A stretch of DNA of 64,000 nucleotides from Gammaproteobacteria bacterium (GTDB lineage Bacteria > Pseudomonadota > Gammaproteobacteria > Natronospirales > JAIVGZ01). Where the stretch lies: NCBI GenBank assembly GCA_040882865.1, contig JBBEAN010000015.1, positions 107,402 to 171,401 of the forward strand, given 5' to 3'. The number at the start of each line of letters is the position of its first letter. The first letter of the stretch is position 1. A model generated the notes under the pieces. The model was not told the origin of the DNA, searched no databases, and was given only the letters and a program-made list of their open reading frames with translations. This document shows positions 18,465-25,937 of the stretch, one piece after another. Position numbers and translations under genes: made by a program.

Positions 18465-18486
18465 CTCTGGTACGGGTGGACTGAGT

Positions 18487-20550
18487 TTACTCGATTATCG
18501 CGCGCGTGACGGTCGCCTCGAGCGTGTAGTCCGCGTACAGGGTCACGTAACCCGTGACTTCGAACGTGTAGGTGCCCGGCTTCTGGACAGAGAATGCCAG
18601 CGTCTCTGGGTTGGCCAAGGTAGCGCCCGACGCAACTTGGTTCCCGTCCGGGTCAAGGAGATACAGGTCGGCATCGAGCAGACCGGTCCACGACAGGACC
18701 GCCCGGATCGCCGTCGCGTCGGCACCGACTTCAATCGTGTGCCGCACGATCTGCAGGTTCTCGACCGACGGGCCGAGCGTACCGGTGAACACTTCGCTCT
18801 CCTCGACGAACGACACGTTGACTGGATACAACGCGCCGTCCACGAGCATGCCGTCGAAGTAGACGCCGCCTTGGATCGCTCGAAGTTCGACCGTGTGCAC
18901 TCCGTCGGCGAGTCCGCCGAGTGCGAACACAGCGCCGAACTCGCGTGCAGCGCTGTAGAAGCTGATCGTGTCACGGTACACCCCATCCACGTAGACGGCG
19001 GCAGTGCCGCCCTTCCGGTCCGTCGGATACTGGAACTTCAACGACGGGCCGGTGAACTTCGCGTAGACCGCGCCACCTGAACGGCCCTTGAATTCACGGT
19101 ACGCGCCGTCGGTCGCAGACGCCGCGGATACCGTGCGCCAATTACCGGAGAATACGAGCCGTCCATCCGAGTCGGCAACCGTCTCCCAGGTGCCCGATGC
19201 TGCGTGTGCGACGTCGCCCGCGAGAAACGCGGCGCGCGCGCCCGATGTCACCTGTGCTGCTTCAACAGCTGCGCGGACATTGATGTAGCCGGCGCCGATT
19301 TGATGGAAGGCGTAACCCGGCATCGGGTCGGCTGTGGCGACGAGCAGGTCCTCAATCTGGTCCGGCGACAGCTCGGGATTGGCGCTGAGCAGCAGCGCGG
19401 CCGCACCGGCGACAAACGGTGTCGCCATGCTCGTTCCGCTCATGCCCGCGTAATGCACCGCGTATTCCGGGTAGTCGGGGTCGATGACCGGCTCCAGCGC
19501 CGGCAGCGGCGTGAGCAGCGCGCGCGTCGACACGATTCCCGAACCCGGCGCCGTGATGTCAGGATGCTTGATCGGGTCACCGGCGACGCCGCGGCTGGAG
19601 AAGTCGGCAAGCGCCTTGGCCGGCGTACCGGCCGCCACGTTGATCACCCATGGGGCAATCGCATATTGATTCAACGTGTCGTCATCCGGACCGGAGTTCG
19701 AGGCGGCGAACAGCACGACCATACCGCGCCGGTACGCCTCGTACGACGCGACGTTGATCGGGTTGTTCGGGTCCAGGGCCGCACCGTCCCCGCCACCCCA
19801 GCTGTTCGTGATGATGTCGATACCGAGGCGGTCCTGATTCGCGATCGCATAGTCGAAGCCGAGCAACGCGTGCAGGATTGCGATCGCTTCGCCCGCGCCG
19901 AGACCGACCAGCGTCGCATCCGGAGCGATGCCGTCGTGGTAGTACGGTCGCCGACTGTCCGTCGACGACGCCGCGCCGCTGCCTGCGACCGTGCCGGCGA
20001 CGTGCGTGCCGTGCCCACTGCTGGTGTCGGTGTTCGGCTGCCCCTCGAGAAAGGCCGTCATCCCGCCGAGGAGATCAAGGTCGCCGATGATCTTCACGTT
20101 TTCAATCGTCTTCGATCCCATCGAGAGATCCTGATGGGTCGCATCGACACCGGAATCGAGCACGGCGATGGTCACGCCCGCGCCGCGTACGCCGAGGTCG
20201 TCGTGGACGGTATGTCCGCCCGTGATTTCGCCCGAAGTGAAGTTCGAATACTCGAGCCGCTCGTTCAGGTAGATGCTGCGGACGCCGGGCAACTCGGCGA
20301 TCATTTCGAGTTGCAGCCGCGTGACGACCGCGCCGGCCATCGGTAATTGCTCGAGTTGGACCACCGAGCCGACGAGCCCGGCCAAGGAAGGCCGCGATGC
20401 GCCGTCTTCGAACGTAATGATGACCTCGTACGGGCCAAGGCCGCCGTCCAATTGCTGCTGAAGAGATGGGCCGATGAGCGCGGCGGCATGTGCGGGGGTT
20501 GCGGCCGCGGCGAAAACGGCAAGAACAGCGGCGAAAAACAAGCGTTTCAT
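18487..20550 (-). CDS. secreted subtilisin-like serine protease (S8) with C-terminal pre-peptidase (PPC) domain
   Basis: Start at MKRLFFAAVLAVFAAAATPAHA (signal peptide). Catalytic triad motifs AVLDSGVD, HGTHVAGT and GTSMATPFVAG. The C-terminal DADLYLLDPDG...GTYTFEVTGY is PPC-like. Confidence 0.9.
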   Translation of the reverse strand: MKRLFFAAVLAVFAAAATPAHAAALIGPSLQQQLDGGLGPYEVIITFEDGASRPSLAGLVGSVVQLEQLPMAGAVVTRLQLEMIAELPGVRSIYLNERLEYSNFTSGEITGGHTVHDDLGVRGAGVTIAVLDSGVDATHQDLSMGSKTIENVKIIGDLDLLGGMTAFLEGQPNTDTSSGHGTHVAGTVAGSGAASSTDSRRPYYHDGIAPDATLVGLGAGEAIAILHALLGFDYAIANQDRLGIDIITNSWGGGDGAALDPNNPINVASYEAYRRGMVVLFAASNSGPDDDTLNQYAIAPWVINVAAGTPAKALADFSSRGVAGDPIKHPDITAPGSGIVSTRALLTPLPALEPVIDPDYPEYAVHYAGMSGTSMATPFVAGAAALLLSANPELSPDQIEDLLVATADPMPGYAFHQIGAGYINVRAAVEAAQVTSGARAAFLAGDVAHAASGTWETVADSDGRLVFSGNWRTVSAASATDGAYREFKGRSGGAVYAKFTGPSLKFQYPTDRKGGTAAVYVDGVYRDTISFYSAAREFGAVFALGGLADGVHTVELRAIQGGVYFDGMLVDGALYPVNVSFVEESEVFTGTLGPSVENLQIVRHTIEVGADATAIRAVLSWTGLLDADLYLLDPDGNQVASGATLANPETLAFSVQKPGTYTFEVTGYVTLYADYTLEATVTRAIIE

Positions 20551-20656
20551 GGTCGACTCCGGGAGCGATGGGTAAGCCCAATGCTTTTCAAAGTAACGAC
20601 CGGGCACGCGCGAACCATCCGGCGTATCCCTTAAATGTCTCGAAAAATTCCCTCAG

Positions 20657-21586
20657 TTACGCGGAAACGAGCGCGGCCATGCGCGTGCGCATCTCGGGGT
20701 CCGGCAGCGGCCCGTGCGCGGCAGCAAGATTGTCATTGAGGTATTCGAGCGTCGCCGTGCCCGGAATAGCGCAGGTGACCGCCGGGTGTGAGACAACCCA
20801 CTTCAACGAGAACTGGGCCCACGTCTCGATACCCGTCGCGCGCGCCCACTCGGGCACCGCGCTGTTCCCGAATGCATCGAACACACGGCCGCGCCCGAAC
20901 GGCAAGTTGGTGAGGACGGCTATTCCGCGTTCTGCGGCGAGCGGAAGGATGCGCTGTTCGGCGTCGCGATTGTCGATTGCGTAATCGACCTGGATGAAGT
21001 CAAGATCTTCGCGCTCCATCACGCGAACGAAGTCGCCGTACTGCCGGTCGAATGAGGTACTCATCCCCAGGTACCGAATGCGTCCCTCGGCCTTCCATTC
21101 GCGCAGCACCGGCAAGACCTCGTCGATCCCCGACAAATTGTGCACCTGTAACAGGTCGAATCGATCCGTGCGCAGGCGCGCGAACGAGCCTTCCATTTCC
21201 TCGAGCGCCGCCTTCAGCCCGTTACGGCCCGCGCCAACTTTTGTCGCAATGAAAAGTTGTTCGCGATTTCCTAATTCTTCGATGAGCTCGCCAATCACGG
21301 TTTCCGCGCGCCCATAGGACGGTGCGGTGTCCACTAGCGTACCCCCGAGCTTCGGCAGCTGCCTCAGCACCTCGCGCAGAACCGCGCGCTCCGGCGCGTC
21401 GGGGCCGACATCGAATCGCCGAGCGGTGCCGATGCCGATGACCGGGATTCGCTCGCCCGAGGCGGGAATCGCCTTGGTGATGAGCCCAGACCCGTTTCCG
21501 GACGCGAACGCGTTGCGTGCGGTCCCGAGCGCCAGCGCTACCCCTGCAACAAGACTCCCTTTAAGCAATGCACGACGCGTAATCAT
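20657..21586 (-). CDS. aldo/keto reductase with twin-arginine (Tat) signal peptide
   Basis: MITRRALLKGSLVAGVALALGTARNAFA carries a canonical T-R-R-x-L-L-K Tat motif. The rest is AKR-like (LVDTAPSYG, QVHN). Confidence 0.85.
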   Translation of the reverse strand: MITRRALLKGSLVAGVALALGTARNAFASGNGSGLITKAIPASGERIPVIGIGTARRFDVGPDAPERAVLREVLRQLPKLGGTLVDTAPSYGRAETVIGELIEELGNREQLFIATKVGAGRNGLKAALEEMEGSFARLRTDRFDLLQVHNLSGIDEVLPVLREWKAEGRIRYLGMSTSFDRQYGDFVRVMEREDLDFIQVDYAIDNRDAEQRILPLAAERGIAVLTNLPFGRGRVFDAFGNSAVPEWARATGIETWAQFSLKWVVSHPAVTCAIPGTATLEYLNDNLAAAHGPLPDPEMRTRMAALVSA

Positions 21587-21678
21587 GTGGATTACTTTAC
21601 CTCAGGTCTGGAAAAAAATGCCTGTTCGGCGCATTATCCGCAGGGGGCGGCGGCCAGACGGTCGCGGGGAGGCAATGC

Positions 21679-22956
21679 GTGAAGACTGTCATGCAGCGGA
21701 AGGTTGCTGCCGAAGATATCGAATTGGGGATGTATGTCGCACGGCTCGACCGCTCGTGGGAGGACAGCCCATTCCTGTTTCAGGGGTTCGTGGTCAGTAC
21801 CTCCGAGGAGCTTGAGCAGCTCCGTTCGCTGTGCAAATTCGTGTTTGTCGACGAGGATCTCTCCGAGTACGAGGACCGAACCCTTATTCGTTCGGTTGAG
21901 GTCAAGCCGCAGGGCAAGGTCCGCGCGACCCGCACCGAAATGCACAAGGTCACGGAGGAGGAGCACAAGCTCACCTTCGAACGCGAAGTCATCAAAGCCG
22001 CGAAACTGCGCACCAAGACGCGCGATTACGTCTCGAAGCTGTTCGAGGATGTACGCCTCGGTTTTGCGGTGGATACCGAAACTGCAAAAGCCGTCGTCAA
22101 CGACCTCGTCGAGACGATTACCGAGGACGCAAATACCGCCCTGTGGCTCACGAGCCTCAAGAACGTCCACGAATACACTGCGCAGCACTGTATCAACGTA
22201 TCGGTGCTGTCCATCGTTTTCGGCAAGCACCTCGGCTTCACCGAGGATCAGCTCAAGTTGATCGGCCTCGGCGCATTGCTGCACGACGTCGGCAAGATGA
22301 ATACGCCGCCTGAAATCCTGAACAAGCCCGGCAAGCTCACGCCGGACGAATTCGAAGTCATCAAGCGCCACCCGGTGGATGGCTACGAGACCATGCTCGG
22401 CACCGGGAACGTGCCCGACCAGTCATTGCAGATCATCAAGTACCACCACGAGCGGCTCAGCGGCCGCGGCTATCCGGACGGGCTCAAGGGTGACCAGATC
22501 TCCACCGCGGTGTTGATGGTCGCAATCGCGGACGTTTATGACGCGATGACCTCAGAACGCGTGTACCACCAGGGCATGCCCGCACACGACGCACTGAAGG
22601 CGCTGTACCAGATTGCGCCTGGCGAGTTCGGCAAGAAGCTGATGGAGGAATTCATCCGCTGCATCGGCGTATACCCGGTCGGCAGCGTCGTCGAGCTATT
22701 CAGTGGCGACATCGGCATCGTGATGAGCGTCGACCCCGAGAACAAACTGCGCCCGCTGGTCATGTTGGTCCGCGACCACGACGGGTGCGAATACCTGCCG
22801 CGGCGCTACGTGAGCCTCGCGGCGATGAGCGCGACCGACAAGTCGCGCGATTGGACGGTCCGACGGATCGTGAACCCGGTGCATCTGGGTCTGTCGATGC
22901 AACAAATTGCGCAGGAAGAGATCTTCTCGGGCAGCAGCGAGACGTTCCACATCTGA
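21679..22956 (+). CDS. HD-GYP domain protein (putative cyclic-di-GMP phosphodiesterase)
   Basis: LLHDVGK, IKRHPVDG and HHERLSGRGYPDGL motifs. N-terminal GMYVARLDRSW is of the DUF3391 type. The start is GTG 21679 or ATG 21691. Confidence 0.9.
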   Translation: MKTVMQRKVAAEDIELGMYVARLDRSWEDSPFLFQGFVVSTSEELEQLRSLCKFVFVDEDLSEYEDRTLIRSVEVKPQGKVRATRTEMHKVTEEEHKLTFEREVIKAAKLRTKTRDYVSKLFEDVRLGFAVDTETAKAVVNDLVETITEDANTALWLTSLKNVHEYTAQHCINVSVLSIVFGKHLGFTEDQLKLIGLGALLHDVGKMNTPPEILNKPGKLTPDEFEVIKRHPVDGYETMLGTGNVPDQSLQIIKYHHERLSGRGYPDGLKGDQISTAVLMVAIADVYDAMTSERVYHQGMPAHDALKALYQIAPGEFGKKLMEEFIRCIGVYPVGSVVELFSGDIGIVMSVDPENKLRPLVMLVRDHDGCEYLPRRYVSLAAMSATDKSRDWTVRRIVNPVHLGLSMQQIAQEEIFSGSSETFHI

Positions 22957-22965
22957 CGCATTGTG

Positions 22966-24081
22966 TCAGTCGTCCGCGGGTTCCAGGCGCACGACGCGGC
23001 CGTCCCGTGCGTCGATCGCCAGGTAGATAAAGCCGTCCGGACCCACCTTGACGTCGCGCACACGCCCGATGCCCTCAAGCAGCTTTTCTGACGCCACCTC
23101 GCGGCCCTCTTCAAACCGCACGCGTGCAAGGTGCTGATGCGACAGCGCACCGACAAACAGGTCGTGCCGCCACTCGGGGAACGCACCGCCGCCGTAGATA
23201 GCGAGGCCGCTCGGGGCGATGGATGGCGTCCATTGTTTCAGCGGCGGTTCGATGTCATCGCGCGTTCGCACCTCGGTGATGGTCGCGCCGCTATATTCGC
23301 GGCCAAAGGTGACCTGCGGCCAGCCGTAGTTCGCACCCTTGCGCACGATGTTGATCTCGTCGCCGCCACGTGGGCCGTGCTCGTGCTGCCATATCTCGCC
23401 GGTCGCCGGGTGCACCGCCATCCCCTGCGGGTTACGGTTGCCCCACGTCCAGTTCGCGTCATGCCCGTCGCGGCCCACGAACGGGTTGTCGTCCGGAATC
23501 GTGCCATCGTCGTGCAAGCGTAGCGTCGCGCCGGCATTGTTCGCCTTGTCCTGCGCCCAGTCGGGCCGACCTCGTTCGCCGACCGTCATGAACAGGTACC
23601 CATCCCGATCGAAGACGAGCCGCGAGCCGTGATGCCGTCCGCCGGGCGCACAGGCATCGGCGCGGAACAGCTCCGTGAACCCCTCGAGCGCGCCATCCTT
23701 CCAGACGCCACGACCGACCGCGGTCGTCGCGCCGTCCTCGCACGCAGCGGCATACGTGAGGTAAACGAAGCCGTTCTCCGCGAACGCCGGGTGCAGCACA
23801 ACGTCGAGCAAGCCGCCCTGATTCTGTGCGACGACGGCCGGCGTCCCGGCGACTGGCTGACCAACGAGCGCTCCGTCGCGGACGAGACGCAAGCGCCCGG
23901 GGCGCTCGGTGACAAGCAAGTCGCCGCCGGGCAGGAACGCGACGCTCCACGGATGCTCAAGGCCTCCGGCGACCGTGATGACAGAAACGCGGGGAGATGC
24001 AGGCGATGGGTCGTCCGCGAACGTGCAAGCGGGTAACGCCGCAATCGATATCGAAATTGCCAACAAGAGCTTTGAGTTCAT
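22966..24081 (-). CDS. PQQ-dependent soluble sugar (aldose) dehydrogenase, lipoprotein
   Basis: Start at MNSKLLLAISISIAALPAC. HGSRLVFDRDGYLF, HEHGPRGGDEIN and GANYGWP are typical of the YliI/sGDH beta-propeller family. Confidence 0.85.
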   Translation of the reverse strand: MNSKLLLAISISIAALPACTFADDPSPASPRVSVITVAGGLEHPWSVAFLPGGDLLVTERPGRLRLVRDGALVGQPVAGTPAVVAQNQGGLLDVVLHPAFAENGFVYLTYAAACEDGATTAVGRGVWKDGALEGFTELFRADACAPGGRHHGSRLVFDRDGYLFMTVGERGRPDWAQDKANNAGATLRLHDDGTIPDDNPFVGRDGHDANWTWGNRNPQGMAVHPATGEIWQHEHGPRGGDEINIVRKGANYGWPQVTFGREYSGATITEVRTRDDIEPPLKQWTPSIAPSGLAIYGGGAFPEWRHDLFVGALSHQHLARVRFEEGREVASEKLLEGIGRVRDVKVGPDGFIYLAIDARDGRVVRLEPADD

Positions 24082-24113
24082 GTGTCGAACGCTAGCGCGA
24101 TGACCGCGCAGGG

Positions 24114-25904
24114 TCAATTCGACCGCCGCGTCCGCCGCGCGTCAATGATTTCCATGAGTGCAACGTCATACCGCGCGGAGGCCAATCGCCTGACCGACTC
24201 CAGAAACGGCAGTTGGCGGGGATCGAAGTCCCTCATATGCAGCATCGCGATTCGCGCTTGGGCGTACGCAGCGTCTTCACGTCCTTCTGAGAGGTGCAGC
24301 TCAAAAATGAGTTCATGCGCCGGCAAGAAACGCGGTCTCAGGTCGGTCGCGATTTCGAGGTGCGCAAGCGCCGCGGTGGAGTCGCCGGCCGCGAACTCGA
24401 GTAACGAAAGCTGGTAATGCGCGTGGTACGCGTAGGGATTCAACTCAATCGCCCGCAGCAGCACACGCTCGGACTCGATCCGATCACCGCCCATTCTCAG
24501 GATGGCGCCGAGCGCGACCAGCGGCTCGTCGGCATCGGGTTGTAACCGATGCGCGGTTCTCAAGCGCTCGATAAGGCGTGCCGCCTCCTGGTCGCCGGGC
24601 GTTGGATCGAAATGCAAAAAACGTGCGGGCACGCCCCCCGCGATCCGTCCGAGGTTCGTGTCTGCCCCCGGCATCGCGCGGTCGTAAGCAACTAGTATCC
24701 CCGCGTTCAAAACCAGGATACCGGCGACAATTCCCGATCCCCACCGTAACGCGCGGCCGTCGCGAACCACTGCGCGCCCGTCGAGCGCCGCAAGCGCCCC
24801 GAGCGTCAATCCGAACACTAGCGAGAACACCGGCAACTGCAGGTGATAATCGACGAGGCAATGCACGGCGAGGGTGACAATTGCCCCGAGCGCGGCGGTT
24901 GCGCGCAAATCAGTATCGGCCACGCGCGTCGCGACATGCAGCGCCGCAATGAACACGGCAGCGAGCAGCACGACGGAGACCAAACCCACCTCGATTCCGA
25001 ACTGCAGGTAATCATTGTGCAGAAACCGGCCCAACGATCCATCCGGCCCGGCTTCCATCCGTATCGGCGCCCACACGAACTCGGTCATGCCGAGCCCGTG
25101 TCCGATCACCGGCTTCTCCGTCACGAGCGGCAGCGCGGACGCCCAGATATTCCATCGGGCGGTGGACTGCGCACCGATTGACGCCACGCGCTCCACGAAC
25201 CCGAGGTTTGTCGCCAGCAGCCCTGCGACGAAGCCGCCCGCGATTGCGGCGTAGGCGCGGACCAAGCGCAGCCGGGCACCCCGCGGACCGACGATGAACG
25301 TGGCGACGACCGCTGCGCACAGTGCGAGCGTCGCGCCACGACCCAATGTCGCCACGACGCCGGCGGCAATCACCACCAGCGCCAGATACCGTGCGAAGGC
25401 ATGTCGCCGTGGCTCGAGCGGCGCCGACGCGAGCGCCAAGAACAAGCCGATGTTCAAAAGTCCTGATTGGTTGTTCCGGGACGCGAACTGCACAGTGACC
25501 GGCTCACCCGCCAACGCGAGCGCGAGGGAAACAGCAGCCATTGACGCGGCCAGCGCGACGACCAACGGTCTGACAAACCTCCAGACACACTCCGCATCGA
25601 CGCGAGCGACGGCGTAACCGAGCGGCACCAGGAGAAATGCAAGCAAGTAGTACGACGCGGCCCATGGCAGGTCGCGGACCACAACGGACGCCACAATCCA
25701 GACTGAGAACGCGCCCACCGTGACGTCGAGCGAGCACGCACGGGGCCACGTGGCCGTCGAGTGGATTTGCGCGAACAACGCGATCGCCGTGAGCGCCACC
25801 GCCGTGCCGAGGAGCCCCACGCCCCATCCATCGATTGCGAGCGACGCGACGAGCGCGAACGCGATGGCGAGCGCGCTCACGCCGCGCGAGAGTGTGAGCC
25901 CCAT
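24114..25904 (-). CDS. O-antigen-ligase-like (Wzy_C) polytopic membrane protein with C-terminal TPR repeats
   Basis: Many TM segments and a FLHNDYLQFGIEVGL Wzy_C-type motif. The C-terminal ~170 aa look like TPR repeats (LRAIELNPYAYHAHYQLS...). ATG 25904 preferred over GTG 25925. Confidence 0.7.
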   Translation of the reverse strand: MGLTLSRGVSALAIAFALVASLAIDGWGVGLLGTAVALTAIALFAQIHSTATWPRACSLDVTVGAFSVWIVASVVVRDLPWAASYYLLAFLLVPLGYAVARVDAECVWRFVRPLVVALAASMAAVSLALALAGEPVTVQFASRNNQSGLLNIGLFLALASAPLEPRRHAFARYLALVVIAAGVVATLGRGATLALCAAVVATFIVGPRGARLRLVRAYAAIAGGFVAGLLATNLGFVERVASIGAQSTARWNIWASALPLVTEKPVIGHGLGMTEFVWAPIRMEAGPDGSLGRFLHNDYLQFGIEVGLVSVVLLAAVFIAALHVATRVADTDLRATAALGAIVTLAVHCLVDYHLQLPVFSLVFGLTLGALAALDGRAVVRDGRALRWGSGIVAGILVLNAGILVAYDRAMPGADTNLGRIAGGVPARFLHFDPTPGDQEAARLIERLRTAHRLQPDADEPLVALGAILRMGGDRIESERVLLRAIELNPYAYHAHYQLSLLEFAAGDSTAALAHLEIATDLRPRFLPAHELIFELHLSEGREDAAYAQARIAMLHMRDFDPRQLPFLESVRRLASARYDVALMEIIDARRTRRSN

Positions 25905-25937
25905 GCGCACCGATGGTCGCGGCACGCCGCTATCGTG

